The notes under the pieces were generated by a model, which did not search any database, was not told where the DNA came from, and worked only from the letters and a program-made list of their open reading frames with translations. Position numbers and translations under genes: made by a program. Positions 42,715 to 54,537 of a DNA stretch of 64,000 nt are shown one piece after another. Positions within the stretch are counted from its first letter, which is position 1. Each line of letters opens with the position of its first letter. This DNA comes from Methanotrichaceae archaeon (GTDB lineage Archaea; Halobacteriota; Methanosarcinia; Methanotrichales; Methanotrichaceae): contig CAWEXU010000017.1 of assembly GCA_963813075.1 (NCBI GenBank), positions 1 to 64,000 of the forward strand, read 5' to 3'.

Positions 42715-43890
42715 TTAATCGGTCATAACCTTGGAATCCAGTTCAAACCCGATTCTGGTCACCGTCATCTCACCGGCCAGCTCCCGCGCCAGGCTCACCA
42801 GGCCTAAATCCTCTTCTGCCAAGAGCATCTCCTCCTTCTTGGCCCTGGTCATGGGCTTGTTGGGGACGGCTGTGCAGGACTTCGTCTCCATGGTTACTTC
42901 GTATGTGCCGATCTTCCGGGCCAGATCGATTATCTCGGTCTTGTCCATAGCAATGAGGGGGTGATAGACCGGCACCCCGATAGTTGCCTGCTCTGCCAGG
43001 ATGTTCTCCGCAGTCTGGCTGGCCACCTGGCCCAGGGAGTAGCCGGTGACCAATCCCAGAGCCTTCTCCTTTTCCATTACCTCTCCCGCTATCCGGTACA
43101 TCAGGCGTCTGCAGAGGATACAGGTGGCTCGGGGATGATGCTTCTGGATCTTCTCAATTCCCCTATGAATTGGAACAACGATGAAGTTGATCTTCCGGCC
43201 GCAGGTCCAATCCGCCAGAACCTCAGCGCATCTCCTGGACTGATCTATGGAATCGGCATAAGGCCGGGAGTCGAAATGCAACAGCGAGATCGGACAGCCC
43301 CTCTTCATCATCATCCAGGCGGCCACAGGCGAGTCAATGCCCCCGGAGATCAACGCCAGCATCCTGCCCTGCGAGCCTATAGGCAGGCCACCCAGGCCCG
43401 GCACGACCTCGGTGAAGATGTATGTCCCCTCTCGCCTCGCCTCGATGAATATCTCCATCTGGGGATCATCAAGGTTCACCGAAGCGCCGGTAGCCAGTCG
43501 AACCGCTTCGCCCGCTGTCCGGCCAATCTCCGGACTGGAGAATGGCACTCCAGATCGCCTGGGCCGGATGGCGAACGTCTGCATAACGCCACCGGATTGC
43601 ATTGCCGTCTCCACTGCCGCCCGGCTGATATCCTCCAGATTGGTGGGCACAGTCCGAGCGGAACTCGCGGATACCACTCCAAAAACCTGGGCGACAATTC
43701 CTACCGCTCTCAAATCTGGGGTATGGACGAAGATCCTGCCCTCGCCCATGGAGATCCTGTGCTCCACCCCGGCTCTATGCAAACAGAAGGCTATGTTGCT
43801 AGCTAAAAGGCGTTCCCAGTTCTGCCTGGTCCAGCTGTCCTTGAGTGCGATTTCCCCGTAGCGCACCAGCACTACGTCCTGGGAAATCAT
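42715..43890 (-). CDS. thiI: tRNA 4-thiouridine sulfurtransferase ThiI
   Basis: VRYGEIALK, THUMP region, GGLPIGSQG, ISGGIDSPVA, SLGQVASQT. Confidence 0.95.
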   Translation of the reverse strand: MISQDVVLVRYGEIALKDSWTRQNWERLLASNIAFCLHRAGVEHRISMGEGRIFVHTPDLRAVGIVAQVFGVVSASSARTVPTNLEDISRAAVETAMQSGGVMQTFAIRPRRSGVPFSSPEIGRTAGEAVRLATGASVNLDDPQMEIFIEARREGTYIFTEVVPGLGGLPIGSQGRMLALISGGIDSPVAAWMMMKRGCPISLLHFDSRPYADSIDQSRRCAEVLADWTCGRKINFIVVPIHRGIEKIQKHHPRATCILCRRLMYRIAGEVMEKEKALGLVTGYSLGQVASQTAENILAEQATIGVPVYHPLIAMDKTEIIDLARKIGTYEVTMETKSCTAVPNKPMTRAKKEEMLLAEEDLGLVSLARELAGEMTVTRIGFELDSKVMTD

Positions 43891-44066
43891 GTTCTGATCT
43901 GAGTGGCCTTTATGGATCTCTTTATCTTCTTTACTCTGGAACCAGAGGCGGTATATTTCTGCATCGGACCTGGCTTCTTATAAATGGTCTCGGCCTTGGT
44001 TACCTGCCTGACCTGGCCCTTTCTGCCCTTTATCTTGACCCATTCTACGCTTCCTGTCTTTCCCAT
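43887..44066 (-). CDS. Small basic protein, DUF5350-like (59 aa)
   Basis: MGKTGSVEWVKIKGRKGQVRQVTKAETIYKKPGPMQKY...; GGTGA RBS; the stop overlaps the thiI start (ATGA). Confidence 0.75.
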   Translation of the reverse strand: MGKTGSVEWVKIKGRKGQVRQVTKAETIYKKPGPMQKYTASGSRVKKIKRSIKATQIRT

Positions 44067-44161
44067 AGGATCACCCTATTAAAGCAGGATTTAAAAAGGT
44101 TGTGATTAACCGATTCAGCCCTAACGGAATATTTTTAACCATCTGCTCCATTAGCCAGTAC

Positions 44162-45235
44162 GTGAAGAGCGAGATCGTGCTTCCTACAATCCATCCAAAA
44201 AAATCGATAGCTTTAATCGCTGTAGGCCTTTGCGTCTACTTCCTCTATCTCTACCACGCTGGTTATCAGGATGTGATCGAAAGCCTGAGGGGCGCTGCTA
44301 TTAGCCTCTTTGCGGCGGCCGTCATTCTCGCCCTGCTGGGAGTATTCTGCGATGCCCTGGCCTGGAGGGCCATTGCCCTCAAGTTCGACTATAAAGTGCC
44401 CATCAAGGACATCTTTATGATTTACCTCTCCTGCGGCTTCATGAACAACCTCATCCCCTCGGGCAGCTTCTCCGGAGAGACGGCCCGGGTCTACTTCCTG
44501 GAAAAGCTGGATGGAGGATCGCGAATCGATCAGTCCTCGGCCACAGTGGCCACCACCAGGATCATCACCGCCATACCCTTCTTTCTGGGAACGGCCATAG
44601 GACTCGCATATCTGGACCTGGTCACAGATGCCCCACCCTGGGCCCTGGCCACATGCTATACAATTGCCCTGGTACTGCTCCTCTTAAACGCCACATTCTT
44701 CGCCATCTGCTTTGCCGAAAATTGGCTGGAGAGAATTGCCTTTACCATCATCAAGTATGTCGAGCGTTTATTGCATGTTCATATAGACAAAAATCAATGC
44801 AGCCGCATACTGGAGCGGTTTCATCGTTCCATGACCGTGCTGGCGGAGCACAAAAAGACCCTGTTCATAAGCACCTTCTGGGCGCTGGCCGGCTGGCTGT
44901 GCATGACCACAGTGGCTGTTGTCGTCTTCCGGTCGATGGGCGTCACCGTCCCCATCTGGGCGGTCCTGGCCGTCTATTCAGTCATGATATTTCTGCAGAT
45001 GCTGCCCATATTCCTGCCCGGCGGGGTGGGGCTGGTGGATATTGTGATGAGCACTCTTTTCACTGCCATTGGAATTCCCGTGCATACCGCAGTGGCTGCA
45101 ACCATCCTCATCCGGCTGGTCCAGCTCTGGATGCTCACCGCCATTGGCGGGCTGGCCACCGCCTACCTGGTCAAGAAGATCCACCGGAACGCTCTAATCG
45201 CCGGGGCGGAAAAAAGGTTAGCAAAAGGCTTTTAA
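44162..45235 (+). CDS. UPF0104 / lysylphosphatidylglycerol-synthase TM-domain (flippase-like) protein
   Basis: FMNNLIPSGSFSGE, LPGGVG and multiple TM segments. Confidence 0.85.
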   Translation: MKSEIVLPTIHPKKSIALIAVGLCVYFLYLYHAGYQDVIESLRGAAISLFAAAVILALLGVFCDALAWRAIALKFDYKVPIKDIFMIYLSCGFMNNLIPSGSFSGETARVYFLEKLDGGSRIDQSSATVATTRIITAIPFFLGTAIGLAYLDLVTDAPPWALATCYTIALVLLLLNATFFAICFAENWLERIAFTIIKYVERLLHVHIDKNQCSRILERFHRSMTVLAEHKKTLFISTFWALAGWLCMTTVAVVVFRSMGVTVPIWAVLAVYSVMIFLQMLPIFLPGGVGLVDIVMSTLFTAIGIPVHTAVAATILIRLVQLWMLTAIGGLATAYLVKKIHRNALIAGAEKRLAKGF

Positions 45236-45266
45236 AGATAACATACCACAAGGAGCACTCGCTGTT

Positions 45267-45341
45267 GGGACAGTGGGGTAGCCTGGTCTATCCTCGAGGG
45301 TTTGGGACTCTTGGACCGCGGTTCGAATCCGCGCTGTCCCA
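45267..45341 (+). tRNA. tRNA-Pro (TGG)
   Basis: Acceptor stem gggacag/ctgtccc, D-loop tagcctggtcta, anticodon loop tt-TGG-ga, T-loop ggttcgaatcc; TTTTAAA box upstream. Confidence 0.93.
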
Positions 45342-45361
45342 TTTAATTAGATCACTTTAAT

Positions 45362-46360
45362 TTAGATCACCACTACATTTTTGCAGCATCTGCAGGCCTT
45401 CTCCAGCTCCAGGGTATCCATTCCCGGAAAATGATCGATCAGGCAGAGGTCCGCGGGCATTGCCCTCTCAAATAGCCTGGCCAGATCGCCGTGGTAAACC
45501 TCTATCTCGCAGGCACCGCGGGCACGGCCGACAAGGACCGGTGCCGTTCCAACCTCCTCTCTGCTGTGCTCGGGATACTCTAAATCCTCTATCCCCAGGA
45601 GCTCTCGATTTGCCTCCAGGTTCAGGAGAACGTTTTGCACCGCTGGCAGCCAGGCATCGTTCAGTATCACCTGTTTGGCTCCGGCCAGGGCGCACATCAG
45701 CCCCAGGGTCCCAGGGCCGCACAGTCCATCCACCACCCGGGCCGCCTTTCCCTGCAGCATGAGCCTTTCTATAATCCTCATCTTGGGTGCGCTCTGCCTG
45801 GAGAACTCGATATGGATCTTCGACTGGCTCTTATAGATGACAAGCTCTCCGAAAAGGCTCTGGCAGACGTCCGCCCGCAGGTCGGATCCAGCCAAAAGAA
45901 CATTCTCCAGGGGCTTTGTGCCTGCCCGGTGCATCCCGGGAACGCCCTGGGAGAGGATCACTCCTCGGACCTCAGAGATCCGCTCCACCATCGCACAAGC
46001 CGCCTTTTGGTTTATATTCTCCCCCTGAACTATCAGGCTGTCCGGCCCCAGGCGGGGGGAGTAGGCCAGAGGATAGCCCACAACTACCAGCGGCGAGCCG
46101 ACGCTTCTCAATGATGCCCGCTCGTCGCGCAGGCCAAACTGGTGCAGGATATGAAGAGCATCCAGCATTACCGCATCCAGCGTCGCTCTTCCGCAGGACC
46201 GGCACCTTTCTAATCCTCCCGGCAGCTCCCTATACCCCAGGGTCTTGTCCAGATTCGAATCCGGCGGGCAGTCCGGGCAGGCCAGATACCTCTTTTCTAT
46301 CCCGGCTAAAACTGCAGCTGCGGGCTCAACAGACTCTTTTTCAAAAGCAGGATACTTCAT
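45362..46360 (-). CDS. Putative SAM-dependent methyltransferase with N-terminal zinc ribbon
   Basis: CPDC...CRSC and VVDGLCGPGTLGL. Confidence 0.7.
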   Translation of the reverse strand: MKYPAFEKESVEPAAAVLAGIEKRYLACPDCPPDSNLDKTLGYRELPGGLERCRSCGRATLDAVMLDALHILHQFGLRDERASLRSVGSPLVVVGYPLAYSPRLGPDSLIVQGENINQKAACAMVERISEVRGVILSQGVPGMHRAGTKPLENVLLAGSDLRADVCQSLFGELVIYKSQSKIHIEFSRQSAPKMRIIERLMLQGKAARVVDGLCGPGTLGLMCALAGAKQVILNDAWLPAVQNVLLNLEANRELLGIEDLEYPEHSREEVGTAPVLVGRARGACEIEVYHGDLARLFERAMPADLCLIDHFPGMDTLELEKACRCCKNVVVI

Positions 46361-46471
46361 ATTGTGCCAGTCACCCGAGAATATTTCAATATTTTCCCGA
46401 AACAAATATCTTATCCCGGAGAAAAGTTTGTAAACAAGAAAAGCATTAGGGCGGCGAAGGTGGTTTTTGAC

Positions 46472-47737
46472 ATGGCACAAAGAGGCATCAGGGAATATGA
46501 CGCGAAGAATCTGTTAGCTAGATACCTTCCCGAGTACCTCAACGATTTCTCATATAAAGGGAACCTGGCATTGGTCGGACCTGAGACCGATCTGGAGGAA
46601 CTGGAGAGAGCAAATCCCTGGCTGAAGACGACGAGGCTTGTGGTCAAGCCTGACCAGCTCTTTGGCAAGAGAGGCAAGCTGGGTCTTGTTCTCCTGGATG
46701 CGGATTGGGACCAGGCGAAAAGATACCTCAATGAGAAAATGGGTTTGGAGGTTACCATTGGAGGCATAACCGGGAGGCTGTCCTATTTCCTGATAGAGCC
46801 TTTCACTCCCCACAAGGAGGAGTTCTATGTGGCCATCAGCTCGGATTATGAAGGGGATAATATCTTCTTCTCAATGGATGGCGGCATAGGAGTGGAGGAG
46901 AACTGGGACAAGGTGATCTCTATCCACGTGGACTCCCTGGCCGGAATTGATGCTCTGGACGTAGGCTCCAGGCTGCCGGAACAGCTGGGTGGGAAGAGAG
47001 CGATTGTGGAGAAATTCATCACCGCTTTATGGCGGTTTTATAGGGATACCGGCTTTGCCTACCTGGAGATCAACCCCTTCACATTAGAAGGCAACGGAAT
47101 TGTACCTTTAGATATGGTGGCAAAGCTGGATGATGCAGAAGAGTACTGGCAGAAGAAGAGATGGTCGGGCCTGATCTTCCCTGAACCATTCGGCAGGACT
47201 CCCTCCAAAGAGGAGCTATTCATCAAGGAGATAGACTCCAAGACCGGTGCCTCTCTGAAGCTCACCATCCTTAACCCGGAAGGAAGGGTCTGGACCATGG
47301 TCGCTGGGGGGGGAGCGAGCGTGATTTATGCCGATACCATCTGCGACCTTAGCCATGCTGATGAGATGGCCAATTATGGTGAGTACAGCGGTGACCCCAA
47401 CACCGAGGAGACCTACCACTACACCTGCACCATCCTGGACCTGATGACCCGCAGCAAAAACCCCAGGGGCAAAGTGCTCCTCATCGGCGGGGCCATTGCC
47501 AACTTCACCGATGTGGCCAAGACCTTCAAGGGTGTGGTCATGGCTCTGGAGGAGTACCAGCAGAAGCTGCAGGAGGCAGGCGTCAAGATCTATGTGCGTC
47601 GGGGAGGACCGAACTACGAGCAGGGCTTAAAGCTCATGCGCGAACTGGGCATGAGGCTGGGTGTGCCCATCCTCGTCCACGGACCGGAGACCCACATGAC
47701 GAGAATCGTCCCCCTGGCACTGGAGGAGAATCAATGA
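46472..47737 (+). CDS. aclB: ATP-citrate lyase, ATP-grasp/citrate-binding subunit
   Basis: IREYDAK, VKPDQLFGKRGKLG, MVAGGGAS, NYGEYSG, ANFTDVAKTF, RRGGPNY. Confidence 0.95.
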   Translation: MAQRGIREYDAKNLLARYLPEYLNDFSYKGNLALVGPETDLEELERANPWLKTTRLVVKPDQLFGKRGKLGLVLLDADWDQAKRYLNEKMGLEVTIGGITGRLSYFLIEPFTPHKEEFYVAISSDYEGDNIFFSMDGGIGVEENWDKVISIHVDSLAGIDALDVGSRLPEQLGGKRAIVEKFITALWRFYRDTGFAYLEINPFTLEGNGIVPLDMVAKLDDAEEYWQKKRWSGLIFPEPFGRTPSKEELFIKEIDSKTGASLKLTILNPEGRVWTMVAGGGASVIYADTICDLSHADEMANYGEYSGDPNTEETYHYTCTILDLMTRSKNPRGKVLLIGGAIANFTDVAKTFKGVVMALEEYQQKLQEAGVKIYVRRGGPNYEQGLKLMRELGMRLGVPILVHGPETHMTRIVPLALEENQ

Positions 47738-49602
47738 GCAGGAATGATTACATTCTCTTTGACCGAAACACGAAAGCATTCGTCTATGGATATCAGACCA
47801 ATGCCATCCAGCGCATGCTGGACTTTGACTATATCTGCAAGCGTGATTCGCCCAGCATCTCGGCCATCATAAATCCGAGCAGAGCCGGGATCCATAAGGC
47901 ATTCTGGGGGACCAAAGAGATAATCCTGCCCATGTACAAGACCGTCTCCCTGGCAGCTCTTGCCTACCCGGAGGCAGATGTGATGGTCAACTTTGCCAGC
48001 CACCGATCAGCTTTTGAGACCACCATGGAGGCGCTGGAGGAGAATACCATTCGCGTCGTCGCTGTCATCGCTGAGGGCGTGCCCGAGAGGCAGTCCAGAG
48101 TGATGGCCGCCACTGCCAGGAAGCTGGACAAGATCGTCATCGGTCCGGCGACGGTGGGAGGGATGACTGCAGGGGCCTTCCGCATAGGGAACACCGCCGG
48201 CACCATCGAGAACATCATCGCCTCCAAGCTCTACCGGCCGGGATGCGTGGGTTTCGTCTCCAAATCCGGTGGCATGCTCAATGAGGCCTTCAATATCATC
48301 TCCAGAAACTCCGACGGCATCTATGAGGGAGTGGCCATCGGAGGAGACCGTTACCCTGGATCGAACATGCTCGAGCACATCCTCCGCTATGAGAGAAATC
48401 CGGCCATCAAGATGATCGCCTGCTTGGGCGAGCTGGGCGGAGAGGACGAGTACATGATCATCCAGGCCCTCAAGGAGAAGAAGATCACCAAGCCTCTGGT
48501 GGCCTGGGTTACTGGCACCTGCTCGCCGTACCTTCCGGCCAGCGTCCAGTTCGGCCATGCCGGTGCCAAGGCCAACAGCGAAAAGGAGACTGCTCAGGCC
48601 AAAAACGATGCCTTCCGCCAGGCAGGTGCATATGTGCCCAAGTCTTTCGACGGCTATGGAGAGGTGGTGCGCCAGGTCTACGATATGCTCGTCTCTCGGG
48701 GCATAGTGAAGAGGTTCGAGGAGCCTGAAGCGCCCCGTATCCCCATGGACTACAGCAAAGCCCTGGCCTCGGGCGATATCCGCAAGCCCACCACATTCAT
48801 CTGCACGATATCCGATGACAGCGGAGAGGAGCTGCTGTATGCAGGAAAGAAGCTATCCGATGTCCTGGACCGGAAGATGGGGATAGGTGGGGTCATCGGC
48901 CTGTTGTGGTTCAAGAAGGAGCTCCCGGAGTATGCCGCCCACTTCATTGAGCTGGTCATACAGATCGTGGCGGACCACGGCCCGGCGGTCTCGGGAGCGC
49001 ATAATGCCATAGTGGCCTCCTGTGCGGGAAAGGACCTGGTCTCATCGTTATGCAGCGGCCTTTTGACCATCGGCCCCAGGTTTGGCGGGGCAATCGATGA
49101 TGCGGCGCGTGAGTTCAAACGGGCCCAAGAGACCGGACTGGCCCCGGAGCAGTTTGTTAGCGATATGAAAAAGAAGGGTATCAACATCCCTGGCATAGGC
49201 CACAAGATCAAGAGCGTCAAGAACCCGGACAAGAGAGTCCAGCTGCTCATAAGCTATGCCCGGGCCAACTTCCCCTCGACCGAACTGCTGAACTACGCCC
49301 TGCAGGTAGAGGAGCTCACCACCGCCAAGAAGGGGAACCTGATACTGAACGTCGACGGGTGCATCGGCATTCTGTTCATCGACCTGATGAGCTCTTGCGG
49401 TGCCTTCAGCAAGGAAGAGATCGATGAGGTGGTGCGCCTGGGATATCTGAACGGGCTATTCGCTCTGGGCCGCAGCATCGGACTGATAGGGCATATCCTG
49501 GATCAGAAGCGCCTCGGCTCCCGGCTCTACCGTCACCCGGCAGAGGATATCGCCTATATGATGCCCTCTGAGGAAGATATTCAGTGCAAGCGCCGGGATT
49601 AG
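47734..49602 (+). CDS. aclA: ATP-citrate lyase, CoA-binding/citryl-CoA lyase subunit
   Basis: QRMLDFDY, IGPATVGG, QFGHAGA, ADHGPAVSGAHN, IGPRFGGA, LNVDG. Confidence 0.95.
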   Translation: MSRNDYILFDRNTKAFVYGYQTNAIQRMLDFDYICKRDSPSISAIINPSRAGIHKAFWGTKEIILPMYKTVSLAALAYPEADVMVNFASHRSAFETTMEALEENTIRVVAVIAEGVPERQSRVMAATARKLDKIVIGPATVGGMTAGAFRIGNTAGTIENIIASKLYRPGCVGFVSKSGGMLNEAFNIISRNSDGIYEGVAIGGDRYPGSNMLEHILRYERNPAIKMIACLGELGGEDEYMIIQALKEKKITKPLVAWVTGTCSPYLPASVQFGHAGAKANSEKETAQAKNDAFRQAGAYVPKSFDGYGEVVRQVYDMLVSRGIVKRFEEPEAPRIPMDYSKALASGDIRKPTTFICTISDDSGEELLYAGKKLSDVLDRKMGIGGVIGLLWFKKELPEYAAHFIELVIQIVADHGPAVSGAHNAIVASCAGKDLVSSLCSGLLTIGPRFGGAIDDAAREFKRAQETGLAPEQFVSDMKKKGINIPGIGHKIKSVKNPDKRVQLLISYARANFPSTELLNYALQVEELTTAKKGNLILNVDGCIGILFIDLMSSCGAFSKEEIDEVVRLGYLNGLFALGRSIGLIGHILDQKRLGSRLYRHPAEDIAYMMPSEEDIQCKRRD

Positions 49603-49749
49603 AAAGATAAAATGGATCGGGCATAAAAGTTGAGTATAGAATAATATAAACTGGAAAAAGAAGATTAGCGAGGATCGATACTAGATGGCTGAGATGATCG
49701 AGGGCCGCCGATTGGGTGATAGCATTAGCAGCAATGAGGAGGAAGGGAC

Positions 49750-50997
49750 TTGGCGAGCATAAGCCAGAAGATACTCTCCCGTGCCTCCGGCTATGCCGGG
49801 ATGGCAGAGCCTGGGGAGATCGTCCAGGCGAAAATAGATTATGCCATGTCTCACGACGGGACATCGGTGCTGGCCATCAGATCCTTTCGGGAGATGGGGT
49901 CAGAAAAGGTTTGGGACCCGGATAGAGTGGTCGTGCCCTTCGACCACATCGTCCCGGCCAATAATGAGACTGCCGCAGATCTGCAAAGAGAGGTGAGGGA
50001 TTGGGCCCGTGAGCAGAATATCTCCAACTTCTTTGACTGCGGCACCGGGGTCTGCCATCAGGTCTTCCCCGAGCAGGGATTTGCTCTGCCCGGCACCCTC
50101 TTGGTGGGAGCGGACTCCCATTCCTGCACCTATGGCGCTTTTGGAGCTTTCGGCACCGGCGTTGGAGCTACGGACATGGCCGAGATCTACTCTGCTGGCC
50201 GGCTCTGGTTCCGGGTGCCCCAGACCCTGGGAGTACGGGTGGAGGGCAAACTCGCTCCATTCGTCTCTGCCAAGGACATCGCTCTTATGGTGATAGGAGA
50301 CCTGGGAGCAGACGGGGCCACCTACAAGGCGATCGAGTATGTAGGTTCTGCCATTGAGAACTTGAGCATATCGGGGAGGATGACCCTGTGCAACCTGGGA
50401 GTGGAGATGGGGGCTAAGGCGGCCATCGTCCCGGCGGATGAGAAGACGGAAGAGTGGCTCCGTGGCCGGGCCCGGCAGGCGTACACTCCGGTCTACTCCG
50501 ATCCGGATTCATATGAGCGCGAATATGATTACGACATAACCGGGCTTGAGCCCCAGGTGGCCGTCCCCTTCCGGGTGGACAACGTCCGGCCGGTCTCGGA
50601 ATTGGCGGGCCTGGAGATAGATCAGGCATTCATTGGCACCTGCACCAACGGCAGATTGGAGGACCTGGAGGCGGCGGCCAGGATCCTGAAGGGAAAGAAG
50701 GTCCGGGCCCGAACCCTGGTCATACCCGCTTCAAGAGAGGTCCTGCTCGATGCGCTGAATAAGGGGATCATCCAGACTCTGGTGGAAGCGGGGGCCATGA
50801 TCGGTCCACCGGGATGCGGTCCCTGCCTGGGAGCCCATATGGGAGTCCTGGCGGAGGGTGAGGTATGCGTTTCCACCTCCAACCGGAACTTCCCCGGCCG
50901 AATGGGCAAAGGGGGACGGGTCTATCTGGCAAGTCCTGCCACGGTAGCCGCTTCCGCTCTTCAGGGCCGTCTGACTGTCCCCGAGGTATCTGGATGA
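49750..50997 (+). CDS. Homoaconitase / 3-isopropylmalate dehydratase large subunit
   Basis: [43 protein letters not shown]. Confidence 0.92.
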   Translation: MASISQKILSRASGYAGMAEPGEIVQAKIDYAMSHDGTSVLAIRSFREMGSEKVWDPDRVVVPFDHIVPANNETAADLQREVRDWAREQNISNFFDCGTGVCHQVFPEQGFALPGTLLVGADSHSCTYGAFGAFGTGVGATDMAEIYSAGRLWFRVPQTLGVRVEGKLAPFVSAKDIALMVIGDLGADGATYKAIEYVGSAIENLSISGRMTLCNLGVEMGAKAAIVPADEKTEEWLRGRARQAYTPVYSDPDSYEREYDYDITGLEPQVAVPFRVDNVRPVSELAGLEIDQAFIGTCTNGRLEDLEAAARILKGKKVRARTLVIPASREVLLDALNKGIIQTLVEAGAMIGPPGCGPCLGAHMGVLAEGEVCVSTSNRNFPGRMGKGGRVYLASPATVAASALQGRLTVPEVSG

Positions 50998-51659
50998 GGT
51001 TTGACCTGCACATTCACTCCAACTGCTCGGACGGGCGGGATGACGTCAGGACCATATTGAGAGCCGCCGCCAAGAGGAACCTGGACGGCCTCTCTATTAC
51101 CGATCACGATACATTATTGGGATCCCAGAAAGCGATGAAGATCATCCGCGAGGATAAGCTTGACCTGATACTCATACCCGGGGCGGAGGTCACAACCTCA
51201 GAAGGCCATCTGCTGGTCCTGGGCATTGAGGATCTGCCCAAAAGGGGGCTCAGCCCGGAGGAGACTGCGGATCTGGCGCATGAGCAGGGGGGGATAACGA
51301 TAGTCCCCCATCCGTACCACCCCTTCCGCCATGCCATCGGGCGCATACCGGACTGCGATGCAGTGGAGGTCTACAACTCCAAGCACCTCTTCGGCATAGC
51401 CAATGCCCGGGCTATGATCGGGGCAAAGAGGCGCCACCTTCCTGCAGTTGCCGGGAGCGACTCCCATTTTGCCGCCACGGTAGGCCTGGGGGTCACGGAG
51501 ATAGATGCCGGAGATGCAAATCAGGTGATAGAGGCCATCCAGGCGGGAAGGACGAAGATCATAGGCAAGAGGACTCCACCCAGATTCTTCATCGGGAATA
51601 CCTTCAAGTCGATATACCTGATCGTGACCACTGGAGGGGGGCGGAGGAGGAAAGCCTAA
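50994..51659 (+). CDS. PHP-domain metallophosphoesterase
   Basis: [29 protein letters not shown]. Confidence 0.9.
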   Translation: MRFDLHIHSNCSDGRDDVRTILRAAAKRNLDGLSITDHDTLLGSQKAMKIIREDKLDLILIPGAEVTTSEGHLLVLGIEDLPKRGLSPEETADLAHEQGGITIVPHPYHPFRHAIGRIPDCDAVEVYNSKHLFGIANARAMIGAKRRHLPAVAGSDSHFAATVGLGVTEIDAGDANQVIEAIQAGRTKIIGKRTPPRFFIGNTFKSIYLIVTTGGGRRRKA

Positions 51660-51713
51660 GCCCGCCAGTTTTATAGCTTCAGATATTTGACCCACGCCTT
51701 GTGGGGATTCATT

Positions 51714-52343
51714 TTGGATATTGAGACTCTTAAGCATCTGGCACTTTTAGGAGCCCTTAACGGGCAGATAAGAATATCCAGCTCTATGCTGGCCTCGCTT
51801 CTTGGCTCCAGCCCGCAGACTGCCGGGCGCAGGCTGAACTCACTGGAGGATAAGGGCTGCATTGAGCGCAAGCTGACTGGCTCCGGCCAGAAGGTGAAGA
51901 TCACTGAGATCGGGAGGCTGCTTCTGCTATCCGAGTACCAGGATTACAGGAGGATCTTTGAGGGGGAGAAGACCACGGCCCTTCGAGGAAGAGTGATCGG
52001 CGGCCTGGGGGAGGGGCAGTACTACATCTCGCGGGAAAGCTATCGCAACCAGTTCTTTCAAAAGCTGGGATTTGTTCCCTTTCCCGGAACTCTTAACATC
52101 AAATTGGATGAGCCATTCAATCCCGGACCTCATCTGATTCGCATAGAGGGATTCAGGGAGGAGGATAGGACCTTTGGGGGATGCAGGTGCTACAAGATCA
52201 GGCTGAACGGCCAGGAGGCGGTGATCATCCGCCCTGACCGGAGCTCTTATCCTCCCGATCTGGTGGAGATCATATCTCCCCTCAGGCTCAGGGATGCGCT
52301 GAAGCTAAAGGACGGCGATGCAGTGGAGGTGACCCTTATATGA
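51714..52343 (+). CDS. ribK: CTP-dependent riboflavin kinase with N-terminal wHTH
   Basis: SPQTAGRRL HTH, GLGEGQYY, PFPGTLN, EIISPLRLR. Confidence 0.92.
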   Translation: MDIETLKHLALLGALNGQIRISSSMLASLLGSSPQTAGRRLNSLEDKGCIERKLTGSGQKVKITEIGRLLLLSEYQDYRRIFEGEKTTALRGRVIGGLGEGQYYISRESYRNQFFQKLGFVPFPGTLNIKLDEPFNPGPHLIRIEGFREEDRTFGGCRCYKIRLNGQEAVIIRPDRSSYPPDLVEIISPLRLRDALKLKDGDAVEVTLI

Positions 52344-54449
52344 TATTCGGATCGCCAATACATATGAACTCCTCCCGGGCTGCTGCCCTATCCGCGGGCC
52401 TGCTGATTGTCTGTGCCCTGCTATTGAGCGGATGCTCATCTGCCACTCCTGCCTCTGGCGATGATATGAGGGAAGCCCTGGATTTGGTCCGCAATGGATC
52501 TTATTCCCTGGCCCTGGAGAGCATCAACAAATCCCTGGAGATCGAAGGCCAGAATATAGATGTGTGGCTGCTCAAGGGACAGATCCTCTTCCATCTTGGA
52601 TATTTGCCGGAAGCTGCTCATTCTCTGGACCAGGTTCTGTTGCTGAATCAGTCCAGCAAAGAGGCCTGGAGCCTGAAAGGGGAGATACTGATCCGGACGG
52701 AGAGATTCAGAATGGCCGAGCTGTGCCTGGACACCGCCCTGCGCCTTGATCCCGGAAACATAACCCTCTGGAACCGCCTGGCTCATGCCCAGGAGATGCT
52801 CGGTGACCATGATCGCGCCCTGAAAAGCTATGAGAAGGCATTGGCCCTGGAGGGCAATCATACTGAGACCCTTTTGTACCAGGGCAATTTGCTCCTCGAT
52901 CTGGAACGCTATTCTGAGGCCCTGCAGATCTTCAACCGGCTCATTGAACTGAACCGGAGCGACCCACGGGTCCTGAAAGCGCGGGGAGAATGCCATCTTC
53001 TGCTCGGGCAGGTCGATTTTGCTGAAGAGGACTATAAAGCGGCAATAAATGCCGATCCACAGGATTTTGAATCATGGCGGGGATTGGCCGAGGCCCTTTA
53101 TTTGCAGGGGAACTACAGCTCATCGCTTGAGGCATTCGATCAGTCCATAAAGATCAATCCCCAGGACATCCGGGCGATGCTGGGAAAGGGCGAGCTTCTC
53201 ATAGCCATGGAGGACTATTCATCTGCCCTAGAGATCTATTCCGCGGCTCTGCAAGAGGATGAGGCAAATGCCTCTGCCCTGCTAGGGAAAGGGCAGGCTC
53301 TTAGCAATCTAGGCCGGACGGAAGAGGCTTTAGAGTGCTATCAACAGGTCCTGGCATGGGAGCCGGACAATATCCAGGCTCTTGAGGGGGCCGCAGGCCT
53401 TCTGGCGGAAAGAAATGATACCTCCGGAGCTGCAGAGGCTTATGGCCGCATTCTGGCCAAGGATCCGGGAAATGCAAGGGCTCTTCTGGCGCTGGCAATA
53501 GCCCGGTCGGCTCAGGGGGACTATGGCCAGGCGCTGCTGTATTATGAACAGCTCCTCGATCATGACGGCAATAACACCGCCGCCTGGACGGGAAGAGGAG
53601 AGATATACCTCTTGCAGAAGAATACCGATCAGGCCATAGAGAGCTTCAAGAAGGCTCTGGAGATAGAACCGCATGATGCTGATTCCCTCCTGGGAATGGC
53701 AGAAGCTCTTTATGAGAGGGAGAGCCTGAATGAGGCCCGCAGCTACTATGAGGCCGCGGCTGGCTATAGAGCCCGAGAATGCCCGCGGCCACAGAGGACT
53801 GGGCAATACTCTCTGTGCCCTGGGCGAGTATGGCCAGTCCATCACCTCATTTGACGAAGCCCTGAGATTAGAGCCACTGGATGCCGACAGCATGATGGGA
53901 AAAGGCCTGGCACTGGCAGCCTCAGGCAATATATCCGGAGCCCTGGAATGCTTCCAGAATATCGTCTCCGTCGATCCGAAAAACTCTTTCGCCTGGTCTA
54001 ATTTGGGCAGCCTGCAAGCCATCACGGGAGAGTATGACCAGGCTCAAGAAAGCCTGGAAATAGCGGCGCAGATAAGTCCGGCCTCCGCGGATGTCTGGTA
54101 CAACCTGGGCCAGGCATACGGCCTCATGGGCAGCTATAACCAGTCCAGACAGGCTTTCGAGAATGCAACGAAGTTAGCTCCTGATGATCCCGTTCTGTGG
54201 CTGGAGCTGGGCCAGGCCCAGGAGAGGACCGGAGAGATAAAACCAGCCTCAGAGAGCTTCCAGAAGGCCTCAGTCCTTGATCCGGAGAATGAATTCGCCC
54301 ATTATTCGCTGGCCCTGGCCCTTGTCAGTCAGGGTCGGTTCCAGGAAGCTCTCGAGGCCTTCGAGAGGGCTTTAGAGATCAATCCAAATAACCGTCTGGC
54401 CGAATACAGCATAAATGTGACCAGAAGTCAGCTGGAAAAAGGACAATAA
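52340..54449 (+). CDS. TPR-repeat lipoprotein (frameshift near 53758)
   Basis: Lipobox LLSGC and continuous TPR repeats across two ORFs. Confidence 0.85.
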
Positions 54450-54537
54450 AACCGGTTTGAGAGCAGACGGGGCCGGAATCGCAATGGAAACTCGGAGGCG
54501 GTGGGAAAGTTGTTAATGCTCATCCGGCCAGGCATTA

